This document shows positions 24,668 to 36,662 of a DNA stretch of 64,000 bases, piece by piece; position 1 is the first letter of the stretch, and each line of letters opens with the position of its first letter. The translations under genes and the position numbers were made by a program. The notes beneath the pieces were generated by a model. It made no database searches, had not been told where the DNA came from, and saw nothing but the letters and a program-made list of their open reading frames with translations. The DNA is from Eledone cirrhosa (lineage: Eukaryota): assembly GCA_964016885.1 (NCBI GenBank), contig OZ024743.1:180792001-180856000 (forward strand), read 5' to 3'.

Positions 24668-25980
24668 GTTGTTGTTGTAGTTGTTGTTGGTGGTGGTGGT
24701 GTTGTTGTTGTTGTTGGTGGTGTTGTAGTTGTAGTTGTTGTTGGTGGCGGTGTTGTTGTTGTAGTTGTTGTTGGTGGTGGTGGTGGTGTTGTAGTTGTAG
24801 TTGTTGGTGGCGGTGGTGTTGTAGTTGTAGTTGTTGTTGATGGTGGTGGTGGTGTTGTAGTTGTAGTTGTTGGTTGCGGTGCTTTTGTTGTAGTTGTTGT
24901 TGTTGTTGGTTGTGGTGTTGTTGTAGTTGGTGGTGGTGGTGGTGGTGTTGTTGTTGTAGTTGTTGTTGGTGGTGGTGTTGTAGTTGTTGGTGGTGGTGGT
25001 GTTGTAGTTGTAGTTGTTGGTGGTGGTGGTGTTGTTGTTGTTGGTGGTGTTGGTGGTGTTGTTGTTGTTGTTGGTGGTGGTGGTGGCGGTGTTGTTGTTG
25101 TAGTTGTTGTTGGTGGTGGTGGTGTTGTTGTAGTTGTTGGTGGTGGTGGTGTTGTAGTTGTAGTTGTTGGTGGTGGTGGTGTTGTTGTAGTTGTTGGTGG
25201 TGGTGGTGGTGGTGTTGTTGTTAGTAGTTGTTGTTGGTGGTGGTGTTGTTGTTGTTGTTGGTGGTGTTGTAGTTGTAGTTGTTGTTGGTGGAGGTGTTGT
25301 TGTTGTAGTTGCTGTTGGTGGTGGTGGTGGTGGTGTAGTTGTAGTTGTTGGTGGCGGTGGTGTTGTAGTTGTAGTTGTTGTTGGTGGTGGTGGTGGTGTT
25401 GTAGTTGTAGTTGTTGGTTGCGGTGCTGTTGTTGTAGTTGTTGTTGTTGTTGGTTGTGGTGTTGTTGTAGTTGTTGGTGGCGGTGGTGTTGTTGTTTTAG
25501 TTGTTGTTGTTGGTGGTGTTGTAGTTGTAGTTGTTGTTGGTGACGGTGTTGTTGTTGTAGTTGTAGTTGTTGTTGGTGGTGGTGTTGTTGTTGTAGTTGT
25601 TGTTGTTGGTTTTGGTGTTGTAGTTGTAGTTGGTGGTGTTGTTGTTGTTGTAGTTGTAGTTGTTGTTGGTGGTGTTGTTGTTGTTGTAGTTGTTGTTGGT
25701 GCTGGTGGTGTTGTTGTAGTTGTTGTTGGTGGTGGTGGTATTGTAGTTGTAGTTGTTGTTGGTGCTGGTGGTGTTGTAGTTGTAGTTGTTGTTGGTGGTG
25801 TTGTTGTTGTTTTAGTTGTAGTTGTTGTTGGTGGTGGTGTTGTAGTTGTAGTTGTTGTTGGTGGTGGTGTTGTTGTTGTAGCTGTTGTTGGTGGTGGTGT
25901 TGTTGTTGTTGTTGGTGGTGGTGTTGTAGTTGTAGTTGTTGTTGGTGGTGGTGTTGTAGTTGTAGTTGTTGTTGGTGTGT
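20000..25980 (+). repeat. Direct repeat of a ~2.1-kb block (~20000-22130 and ~23800-25980, offset ~3,801); a third related copy is at ~35270-37560
   Basis: The rare marker TTGAATTTGTTGCTGTTGG is at 20001 and 23802, with the variant TTGTATTTGTTGCTG at ~35267. Track ORFs 20303..21748 and 24104..25543 are near-identical. Confidence 0.88.
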
Positions 25981-28900
25981 TGTTGTTGTTGTAGTTGTTG
26001 TTGGTGCTGGTGGTGTTGTTGTAGTTGTTGTTGGTGGTGGTGGTATTGTTGTTGTAGTTGTTGTTGGTGCTGGTGGTGGTGTTGTTGTAGTTGTTGTTGG
26101 TGGTGGTGTTGTTGTTGTAGCTGTTGTTGGTGGTGGTGTTGTTGTTGTTGTTGGTGGTGGTGTTGTAGTTGTAGTTGTTGTTGGTGGTGGTGTTGTAGTT
26201 GTAGTTGTTGTTGGTGGTGGTGTTGTAGTTGTTGTTGGTGGTGGTGTTGTTGTTGTAGCTGTTGTTGGTGGTGGTGTTGTTGTTGTTGGTGGTGGTGTTG
26301 TAGTTGTAGTTGTTGTTGGTGGTGGTGTTGTAGTTGTAGTTGTTGTTGGTGTGTTGTTGTTGTTGTTGTAGTTGTTGTTGGTGCTGGTGGTGTTGTAGTT
26401 GTTGTTGGTGGTGGTGGTGTTGTTGTAGTTGTTGGTGGTGGTGGTGGTGTTGTTGTTGTAGTTGTTGTTGGTGGTGTAGTTGTTGTTGTAGTTTTGTTGT
26501 TGTTGGTGGTGGTGTTGTAGTTGTAGTTGTTGTTGGTGGTGGTGTTGTAGTTGTAGTTGTTGTTGTTGGAAGTGTTGTAGTTGTAGTTGTTGGTGGTGGT
26601 GTTGTTGTTGTTGTTGGTGGTGGTGTTGTAGTTGTAGTTGTTGTTGGTGGTGGTGTTGTAGTTGTAGTTGTTGTTGGTGGTGGTGTTGTTGTTGTAGTTG
26701 TTGTTGGTGCTGGTGGTGGTGTTGTTGTAGTTGTTGTTGTTGGTGGTGGTGTTGTTGTTGTAGTTGTTGTTGGTGGTGTAGTTGTTGTTGTAGTTTTGTT
26801 GTTGTTGGTGGTGGTGTTGTAGTTGTAGTTGTTGTTGGTGGTGGTGTTGTAGTTGTAGTTGTTGTTGGTGGTGGTGTTGTAGTTGTAGTTGTTGTTGTTG
26901 GAAGTGTTGTAGTTGTAGTTGTTGGTGGTGGTGTTGTTGTTGTTGTTGGTGGTGGTGTTGTAGTTGTAGTTGTTGTTGGTGGTGGTGTTGTAGTTGTAGT
27001 TGTTGTTGGTGGTGGTGTTGTTGTTGTAGTTGTTGTTGTTTGTGGTGGTGTTGTAGTTGTAGTTGTTGTTGGTGGTGGTGTTGTTGTTGTAGTTGTTGTT
27101 GGTGGTGGTGTTGTTGTTGTTGGTGGTGGTGTTGTAGTTGTAATTGTTGTTGGTGGTGGTGTTGTAGTTGTAGTTGTTGTTGGTGCTGGTGTTGTTGTTG
27201 TTGTAGTTGTTGTTGGTGGTGGTGGTGTTGTTGTTGTAGTTGTTGATGGTGGTGGTGTTGTAGTTGTAGTTGTTGGTGGTGGTGGTGTTGTTGTTGTTGT
27301 AGTTGTTGGTGTTGGTGGTGTTGTAGTTCTAGTTGTTGGTGTTGGTGGTGTTGTAGTTGTAGTTGTTGTTGGTGGTGGTGTTGTAGTTGTAGTTGTTGGT
27401 GGTGGTGTTGTTGTAGTTGTAGTTGGTGGTGGTGGTGGTGGTGTTGTAGTTGTTGTTGTTGTTGGTGGTGGTGTTGTAGTTGTAGTTGTTGTTGTTGGTG
27501 GTAGTGTTGTTGTAGTTGTTGTTGGTGGTGGTGGTGTAGTTGTAGTTGTTGTTGGTGGCGGTGTTGTTGTTGTAGTTGTGGTTGTTGTTGGTGGTGGTGT
27601 TGTAGTTGTAGTTGTTGTTGGTGGCGGTGTTGTTTTTGTTGTAGTTGTAGTTGTTGTTGGAGGTGGTGTTGTAGTTGTTGTTGTTGTTGGAGGTGGGTTG
27701 TAGTTGTTGTTGGTGGTGGTGTTGTAGTTGTAGTTGTTGTTGGAGGTGGTGTTGTAGTTGTTGGTGGTGGTGTTGTAGTTGTAGTTGTAGTTGTTGGTGG
27801 TGGTGTTGTTGTAGTTGTTGTTGGTGGTGTTGTAGTTGTAGTTGTTGTTGGTGTTGTTGTAGTTGTTGTTGGTGGTGGTGTTGTTGTAGTTGTTGTTGGT
27901 GGTGGTGTTGTTGTTTTAGTTGTTGTTGTTGGTGGTGTTGTAGTTGTAGTTGTTGTTGGTGACGGTGTTGTTGTTGTAGTTGTAGTTGTTGTTGGTGGTG
28001 GTGTTGTTGTTGTAGTTGTTGTTGTTGGTTTTGGTGTTGTAGTTGTAGTTGGTGGTGTTGTTGTTGTTGTAGTTGTAGTTGTTGTTGGTGGTGTTGTTGT
28101 TGTTGTAGTTGTTGTTGGTGCTGGTGGTGTTGTTGTAGTTGTTGTTGGTGGTGGTGGTATTGTAGTTGTAGTTGTTGTTGGTGCTGGTGGTGTTGTAGTT
28201 GTAGTTGTTGTTGGTGGTGTTGTTGTTGTTTTAGTTGTAGTTGTTGTTGGTGGTGGTGTTGTAGTTGTAGTTGTTGTTGGTGGTGGTGTTGTTGTTGTAG
28301 CTGTTGTTGGTGGTGGTGTTGTTGTTGTTGTTGGTGGTGGTGTTGTAGTTGTAGTTGTTGTTGGTGGTGGTGTTGTAGTTGTAGTTGTTGTTGGTGTGTT
28401 GTTGTTGTTGTAGTTGTTGTTGGTGCTGGTGGTGTTGTTGTAGTTGTTGTTGGTGGTGGTGGTATTGTTGTTGTAGTTGTTGTTGGTGCTGGTGGTGGTG
28501 TTGTTGTAGTTGTTGTTGGTGGTGGTGTTGTTGTTGTAGCTGTTGTTGGTGGTGGTGTTGTTGTTGTTGGTGGTGGTGTTGTAGTTGTAGTTGTTGTTGG
28601 TGGTGGTGTTGTAGTTGTAGTTGTTGTTGGTGTGTTGTTGTTGTTGTTGTAGTTGTTGTTGGTGCTGGTGGTGTTGTTGTAGTTGTTGTTGGTGGTGGTG
28701 GTGTTGTTGTAGTTGTTGGTGGTGGTGGTGGTGTTGTTGTTGTAGTTGTTGTTGGTGGTGTAGTTGTTGTTGTAGTTTTGTTGTTGTTGGTGGTGGTGTT
28801 GTAGTTGTAGTTGTTGTTGGTGGTGGTGTTGTAGTTGTAGTTGTTGTTGTTGGAAGTGTTGTAGTTGTAGTTGTTGGTGGTGGTGTTGTTGTTGTTGTTG

Positions 28901-30170
28901 GTGGTGGTGTTGTAGTTGTAGTTGTTGTTGGTGGTGGTGTTGTAGTTGTAGTTGTTGTTGGTGGTGGTGTTGTTGTTGTAGTTGTTGTTGGTGCTGGTGG
29001 TGGTGTTGTTGTAGTTGTTGTTGTTGGTGGTGGTGTTGTTGTTGTAGTTGTTGTTGGTGGTGTAGTTGTTGTTGTAGTTTTGTTGTTGTTGGTGGTGGTG
29101 TTGTAGTTGTAGTTGTTGTTGGTGGTGGTGTTGTAGTTGTAGTTGTTGTTGGTGGTGGTGTTGTAGTTGTAGTTGTTGTTGTTGGAAGTGTTGTAGTTGT
29201 AGTTGTTGGTGGTGGTGTTGTTGTTGTTGTTGGTGGTGGTGTTGTAGTTGTTGTTGGTGGTGGTGTTGTAGTTGTAGTTGTTGTTGGTGGTGGTGTTGTT
29301 GTTGTAGTTGTTGTTGTTTGTGGTGGTGTTGTAGTTGTAGTTGTTGTTGGTGGTGGTGTTGTTGTTGTAGTTGTTGTTGGTGGTGGTGTTGTTGTTGTTG
29401 GTGGTGGTGTTGTAGTTGTAATTGTTGTTGGTGGTGGTGTTGTAGTTGTAGTTGTTGTTGGTGGTGGTGTTGTTGTTGTTGTAGTTGTTGTTGGTGGTGG
29501 TGGTGTTGTTGTTGTAGTTGTTGATGGTGGTGGTGTTGTAGTTGTAGTTGTTGGTGGTGGTGGTGTTGTTGTTGTTGTAGTTGTTGGTGTTGGTGGTGTT
29601 GTAGTTCTAGTTGTTGGTGTTGGTGGTGTTGTAGTTGTAGTTGTTGTTGGTGGTGGTGTTGTAGTTGTAGTTGTTGGTGGTGGTGTTGTTGTAGTTGTAG
29701 TTGGTGGTGGTGGTGGTGGTGTTGTAGTTGTTGTTGTTGTTGGTGGTGGTGTTGTAGTTGTAGTTGTTGTTGTTGGTGGTAGTGTTGTTGTAGTTGTTGT
29801 TGGTGGTGGTGGTGTAGTTGTAGTTGTTGTTGGTGGCGGTGTTGTTGTTGTAGTTGTGGTTGTTGTTGGTGGTGGTGTTGTAGTTGTAGTTGTTGTTGGT
29901 GGCGGTGTTGTTTTTGTTGTAGTTGTAGTTGTTGTTGGAGGTGGTGTTGTAGTTGTTGTTGTTGTTGGAGGTGGGTTGTAGTTGTTGTTGGTGGTGGTGT
30001 TGTAGTTGTAGTTGTTGTTGGAGGTGGTGTTGTAGTTGTTGGTGGTGGTGTTGTAGTTGTAGTTGTAGTTGTTGGTGGTGGTGTTGTTGTAGTTGTTGTT
30101 GGTGGTGTTGTAGTTGTAGTTGTTGTTGGTGTTGTTGTAGTTGTTGTTGGTGGTGGTGTTGTTGTAGTTG
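25490..30170 (+). repeat. Tandem duplication, unit ~2.3-2.4 kb
   Basis: The private marker GGAAGTG occurs at ~26568/26900 and ~28852/29184. ORF pairs 27040/29318 and 27675/29953 are both offset by 2,278. Confidence 0.87.
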
Positions 30171-32927
30171 TTGTTGGTGGTGGTGTTGTAGTTGTTGTTG
30201 GTGGTGGTGGTGGTGTCGTAGTTGTTGTGGGTGGTGGTGGTGGTGTTGTATTTGTAGTTGTTGTTGGTGGTGTTGTTGTTGTTGTTGTAGTTGTTGTTGG
30301 TGGTGTTGTTGTTGTTGTAGTTGTAGTTGTTGTTGGTGGTGGTGTTGTAGTTGTTGTTGGTGGTGGTGTTGTTGTTGTTGTAGTTGTTGTTGGTGGTGGT
30401 GGTGGTGTTGTTGTAGTTGTTGTTGTTGTAGTTGTAGATGTTGTTGGTGGTGGTGTTGTTGTAGTTGTTGTAGTTGTAGTTGTAGTTGTTGGTGGTGGCG
30501 GTGTTGTTGTTGTTGTAGCTGTTGTTGGTGGTGGTGGTGGTGTTGTTGTAGTTGTTGTTGTTGGTGGTGTTGTAGTTGTAGTTGTTGTTGGTGGTGGTGT
30601 AGTTGTAGTTGTTGTTGGTGGTGGTGGTGTAGTTGTAGTTGTTGGTGGCGGTGGTGTTGAAGTTGTAGTTGTTGTTGGTGGTTGTGGTGGTGTTGTAGTT
30701 GTAGTTGTTGGTTGCGGTGCTGTTGTTGTAGTTGTTGTTGTTGGTTGTGGTGTTGTTGTAGTTGTTGGTAGCGGTGGTGTTGTTGTTTTAGTTGTTGTTG
30801 GTGGTGGTGTTGTAGTTGTAGTTGTTGTTGGTGACGGTGTTGTTGTTGTAGTTGTAGTTGTTGTTGGTGGTGGTGTTGTTGTTGTAGTTGTTGTTGTTGG
30901 TTGTGGTGTTGTAGTTGTAGTTGTTGTTGGTGGTGTTGTTGTTGTTGTAGTTGTTGTTGGTGCTGGTGGTGTTGTTGTAGTTGTTGTTGGTGGTGGTGGT
31001 ATTGTTGTTGTAGTTGTTGTTGGTGCTGGTGGTGGTGTTGTTGTAGTTGTTGTTGGTGGTGGTGTTGTTGTTGTAGCTGTTGTTGGTGGTGGTGTTGTTG
31101 TTGTTGTTGGTGGTGGTGTTGTAGTTGTAGTTGTTGTTGGTGGTGGTGTTGTAGTTGTAGTTGTTGTTGGTGTGTTGTTGTTGTTGTAGTTGTTGTTGGT
31201 GCTGGTGGTGTTGTTGTAGTTGTTGTTGGTGGTGGTGGTATTGTTGTTGTAGTTGTTGTTGGTGCTGGTGGTGGTGTTGTTGTAGTTGTTGTTGGTGGTG
31301 GTGGTGTTGTTGTTGTAGTTGTTGTTGGTGGTGTAGTTGTTGTTGTAGTTTTGTTGTTGTTGGTGGTGGTGTTGTAGTTGTAGTTGTTGTTGGTGGTGGT
31401 GTTGTAGTTGTAGTTGTTGTTGGTGGTGGTGTGGTAGTTGTAGTTGTTGTTGTTGGAGGTGTTGTAGTTGTAGTTGTTGGTGGTGGTGTTGTTGTTGTTG
31501 TTGGTGGTGGTGTTGTAGTTGTAGTTGTTGTTGGTGGTGGTGTTGTAGTTGTAGTTGTTGTTGGTGGTGGTGTTGTTGTTGTAGTTGTTGTTGTTGGTGG
31601 TGGTGGTGTTGTAGTTGTAGTTGTTGTTGGCGGTGGTGTTGTTGTTGTAGTTGTTGTTGGTGGTGGTGTTGTTGTTGTTGGTGGTGGTGTTGTAGTTGTA
31701 ATTGTTGTTGGTGGTGGTGTTGTAGTTGTAGTTGTTGTTGGTGGTGGTGTTGTTGTTGTTGTAGTTGTTGTTGGTGGTGGTGGTGGTGTTGTTGTAGTTG
31801 TTGTTGGTGGTGGTGTTGTAGTTGTAGTTGTTGGTGGTGGTGGTGTTGTTGTTGTTGTAGTTGTTGGTGTTGGTGGTGTTGTAGTTCTAGTTGTTGGTGT
31901 TGGTGGTGTTGTAGTTGTAGTTGTTGGTGGTGGTGTTGTTGTAGTTGTAGTTGTTGTTGGTGGTGGTGTTGTAGTTGTAGTTGTTGGTGGTGGTGTTGTT
32001 GTAGTTGTAGTTGGTGGTGGTGGTGGTGGTGTTGTAGTTGTTGTTGTTGTTGTTGGTGGTGTTGTAGTTGTAGTTGTTGTTGTTGGTGGTAGTGTTGTTG
32101 TAGTTGTTGTTGGTGGTGGTGGTGTAGTTGTAGTTGTTGTTGTTGGCGGTGTTGTTGTTGTAGTTGTGGTTGTTGTTGGTGGTGGTGTTGTAGTTGTAGT
32201 TGTTGTTGGTGGCGGTGTAGTTGTTGTTGTAGTTGTAGTTGTTGTTGGAGGTGGTGTTGTAGTTGTTGTTGTTGTTGGAGGTGGGTCGTAGTTGTTGTTG
32301 GTGGTGGTGTTGTAGTTGTAGATGTTGTTGGAGGTGGTGTTGTAGTTGTTGGTGGTGGTGTTGTAGTTGTAGTTGTTGGTGGTGGTGTTGTTGTAGTTGT
32401 AGTTGGTGGTGGTGTTGTAGTTGTAGTTGTTGTTGGTGGCGGTGTTGTTGTTGTTGTAGTTGTTGTTGTTGTTGATGGTGTTGTAGTTGTAGTTGTTGTT
32501 GGTGGTGGTGTTGTAGTTGTAGTTGTTGTTGGTGGTGGTGTTGTAGTTGTAGTTGTTGTTGGTGGTGGTGTTGTAGTTGTAGTTGTTGTTGGTGGTGGTG
32601 TTGTAGTTGTAGTTGGTGGTGGTGTTGTTGTTGTAGTTGTTGTTGTTGGTGGTGTTGTAGTTGTAGTTGTTGTTGTTGGTGGTGGTGTTGTAGTTGTAGT
32701 TGTTGTTGGTGGTGGTGTTGTTGTTGTTGTTGGTGGTGTTGTTGTAGTTGTTGTTGGTGGTGTTGGTGTTGTTGTAGTTGTTGCTGGTGGTGGTGTTGTA
32801 GTTGTAGTTGTTGTTGGTGGTGGTGTTGTAGTTGTAGTTGTTGTTGGTGGTGTTGTTGTTGTAGTTGTTGTTGGTGGTGGTGTTGTTGTTGTAGTTGTTG
32901 TTGGTGGTGTAGTTGTTGTTGTAGTTT

Positions 32928-35900
32928 TGTTGTTGTTGGTGGTGGTGTTGTAGTTGTAGTTGTTGTTGGTGGTGGTGTTGTAGTTGTAGTTGTTGTTGGT
33001 GGTGGTGTGGTAGTTGTAGTTGTTGTTGTTGGAGGTGTTGTAGTTGTAGTTGTTGGTGGTGGTGTTGTTGTTGTTGTTGGTGGTGGTGTTGTAGTTGTAG
33101 TTGTTGTTGGTGGTGGTATTGTAGTAGTAGTTGTTGTTGGTGGTGGTGTTGTTGTTGTAGTTGTTGTTGTTGGTGGTGGTATTGTAGTTGTTGTTGTTGT
33201 TGGTGGCGGTGTTGTAGTTGTTGTTGTTGGTGGTGGTGTTGTAGTTGTAGTTGTTGGTGTTGGTGGTGTTGTATTTGTTGTTGTTGGTGGTGGTGGTGTT
33301 GTTGTTGTAGTTGTTGTTGGTGGCGGTGTTGTAGTTGTATTTGTTGGTGGTGGTGTTGTAGTTGTAGTTGTTGTTGTTGGTGGTGGTGTTGTAGTTGTAG
33401 TTGTTGGTGGTGGTGTTGTAGTTGTTGTTGGTGGTGGTGTTGTAGTTGTAGTTGTTGTTGGTGGTGGTGTTGTAGTTGTTGTTGGTGGTGGTGTTGTAGT
33501 TGTAGTTGTAGTTGTTGGTGGTAGTGTTGTAGTTGTTGTTTTTGGTGGTGTTGTAGTTGTAGTTGTTGTTGTTGTTGGTGGTGTTGTAGTTGTAGTTGTT
33601 GGTGGTGGTGTTGTAGTTGTTGTTGGTGGTGGTGTTGTAGTTGTAGTTGTTGTTGTTGGTGGTGGTGTTGTTGTAGTTGTTGTTGGTGGTGTTGTAGTTG
33701 TAGTTGTTGTTGGTGTTGTTGTAGTTGTTGTTGGTGTTGGTGTTGTTGTAGTTGTTGTTGGTGGTGGTGTTGTTGTAGTTGTTGTTGGTGGTGGTGTTGT
33801 AGTTGTTGTTGGTGGTGGTGGTGGTGTCGTAGTTGTTGTGGGTGGTGGTGGTGGTGTTGTATTTGTAGTTGTTGTTGGGGGTGTTGTTGTTGTTGTAGTT
33901 GTTGTTGGTGGTGTTGTTGTTGTTGTAGTTGTAGTTGTTGTTGGTGGTGGTGTTGTAGTTGTTGTTGGTGGTGGTGTTGTTGTTGTTGTAGTTGTTGTTG
34001 GTGGTGGTGGTGGTGTTGTTGTAGTTGTTGTTGTTGTAGTTGTAGTTGTTGTTGGTGGTGGTGTTGTTGTAGTTGTTGTAGTTGTAGTTGTAGTTGTTGG
34101 TGGTGGCGGTGTTGTTGTTGTAGTTGTTGTTGGTGGCGGTGTTGTTGTTGTTGTAGGTGTTGTTGGTGGTGGTGGTGGTGTTGTTGTAGTTGTTGTTGTT
34201 GGTGGTGTTGTAGTTGTAGTTGTTGTTGGTGGTGGTGTAGTTGTAGTTGTTGTTGGTGGTGGTGTTGTTGTTGTAGTTGTAGTTGTAGTTGTTGTTGGTG
34301 GTGTTGTAGTTGTTGTTGGTGGTGGTGTTGTTGTAGTTGTAGTTGTTGTTGTTGGTGGTGTTGTTTTTGTTGTAGTTGTTATTGTTGTTGGTGGTGTTGT
34401 TGTTGTAGTTGTAGTTGTAGTTGTTGTTGGTTGTGTTGTAGTTGTAGTTGTTGTTGGTGGTGGTGTTGTAGTTGTAGTTGTTGTTGGTGGTGGTGTTGTT
34501 GTTGTAGTTGTAGTCGTAGTTGTTGTTGGTGGTGTTGTAGTTGTAGTTGTTGTTGGTGGTGGTGTTGTTGTTGTAGTTGTTGTAGTTGATGTTGGTGGTG
34601 TTGTTGTTGTAGTTGTTGTTGGTGGTGGTGTTGTTGTTGTAGTTGTTGTTGGTGGTGGTGTTGTAGATGTAGTTGTTGTTGGTGGTGGTGTTGTAGTTGT
34701 AGTTGTTGTTGGTGGTGGTGTTGTTGTTGTAGTTGTTGTTGGTGGTGTTGTTGTTGTTGTTGTAGTTGTTGTTGTTGGTGGTGGTGTTGTTGTTGTAGTT
34801 GATGTTGGTGGTGGTGTTGTAGTTGTAGTTGTTGGTGGTGGTGTTGTTGTAGTTGTAGTTGGTGGTGTAGGTGTTGTTGTAGTTGTTGTTGGTGGTGGTG
34901 TTGTAGTTGTAGTTGTTGTTGGTGGTGGTGTTGTAGTTGTAGTTGTTGGTGGTGGTGTTGTTGTAGTTGTAGTTGGTGGTGTAGGTGTTGTTGTAGTTGT
35001 TGTTGGTGGTGGTGTTGTAGTTGTAGTTGTTGTTGGTGGTGGTGTTGTAGTTGTTGTTGGTGGTGTTGTTGTAGTTGTTGTTGGTGGTGGTGTTGTAGTT
35101 GTAGTTGTTGTTGTTGGTGGTGGTGGTGTTGTTGGTGGTGGTGGTGGTGTTGTAGTTGTTGTTGTTGGTGGTGGTGTTGTAGTTGTAGTTGTTGTTGGTG
35201 GTGGTGTTGTAGTTGTTGTTGGTGGTGGTGTTGTAGTTGTTGTTGGTGGTGGTGGTGGTGTTGTAGTTGTATTTGTTGCTGTTGGTGGTGGTGGTGTTGT
35301 TGTTGTAGTTGTTGTTGGTGGTGGTGTTGTTGTTGTTGTTGTTGGTGGTGGTGGTGTTGTTGTTGTAGTTGTTGGTGGTGTTGTAGTTGTTGTTGTTGGT
35401 GGTGGTGGTGTTGTAGTTGTTGTTGGTGGTGGTGTTGTAGTTGTAGTTGGTGTTGGTGGTGTTTTTGTAGTTGTAGTTGGTGGTGGTGGTGGTGTTGTAG
35501 TTGTTGTTGGTGGTGGTGTTGTTGTTGTAGTTGTTGTTGGTGGCGGTGTTGTTGTTGTAGTTGTGGTTGTTGTTGGTGGTGGTGTTGTTGTTGTAGTTGT
35601 TGTTGGTGGTGGTGGTGTTGTTGTAGTTGTTGTTGGTGGCGGTGTTGTAGTTGTAGTTGTTGGTGGTGGTGGTGGTGTTGTAGTTGTAGTTGTTGGTGGT
35701 GGTGGTGGTGTTGTAGTTGTTGTTGTTGGTGGTGGTGTTGTAGTTGTAGTTGTTGTTGGTGGTGGTGTTGTAGTTGTAGTTGTTGTTGGTGGTGGTGTTG
35801 TTGTTGTAGTTGTTGGTGGTGGTGGTGGTGTTGTAGTTGTAGTTGTTGGTGGTGGTGGTGGTGTTGTAGTTGTAGTTGGTGGTGGTGGTGGTGTTGTAGT

Positions 35901-36662
35901 TGTAGTTGTTGGTGTTGGTGGTGGTGTTGTAGTTGAAGTTGTTGGTGGTGGTGGTATTGTAGTTGTAGTTGTTGTTGGTGGTGGTGGTGTTGTAGTTGTA
36001 GTTGTTGTTGGTGGTGGTGGTGTTGTTGTAGTTGTTGGTGGTGGTGGTGTTGTAGTTGTAGTTGTTGGTGGTGGTGGTGTTGTTGTTGTTGTTGTTGTTG
36101 GTGGTGGTGGTGTTGTTGTTGTAGTTGTTGTTGGTGGTGGTGTTGTTGTTGTTGGTGGTGTTGTAGTTGTAGTTGTTGTTGGTGGCGGTGTTGTTGTTGT
36201 AGTTGTTGTTGGTGGTGGTGGTGGTGTTGTAGTTGTAGTTATTGGTGGCGGTGGTGTTGTAGTTGTAGTTGTTGTTGATGGTGGTGGTGGTGTTGTAGTT
36301 GTAGTTGTTGGTTGCGGTGCTTTTGTTGTAGTTGTTGTTGTTGTTGGTTGTGGTGTTGTTGTAGTTGGTGGTGGTGGTGGTGGTGTTGTTGTTGTAGTTG
36401 TTGTTGGTGGTGGTGGTGTTGTTGTAGTTGTTGGTGGTGGTGGTGTTGTAGTTGTAGTTGTTGGTGGTGGTGGTGTTGTTGTTGTTGGTGGTGTTGGTGG
36501 TGTTGTTGTTGTTGTTGGTGGTGGTGGTGGCGGTGTTGTTATTGTAGTTGTTGGTGGTGGTGGTGTTGTTGTAGTTGTTGTTGGTGGTGGTGTTGTAGTT
36601 GTAGTTGTTGGTGGTGGTGGTGTTGTTGTAGTTGTTGGTGGTGGTGGTGGTGGTGTTGTTGT
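32928..36662 (-). other. Thr/Pro reading phase (~1,240 codons), mucin PTS-like candidate
   Basis: Phase is constant between the shifts at ~32926 and ~36663. It is antisense to the track's Val/Gly ORF 33007..36798. Confidence 0.18.
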
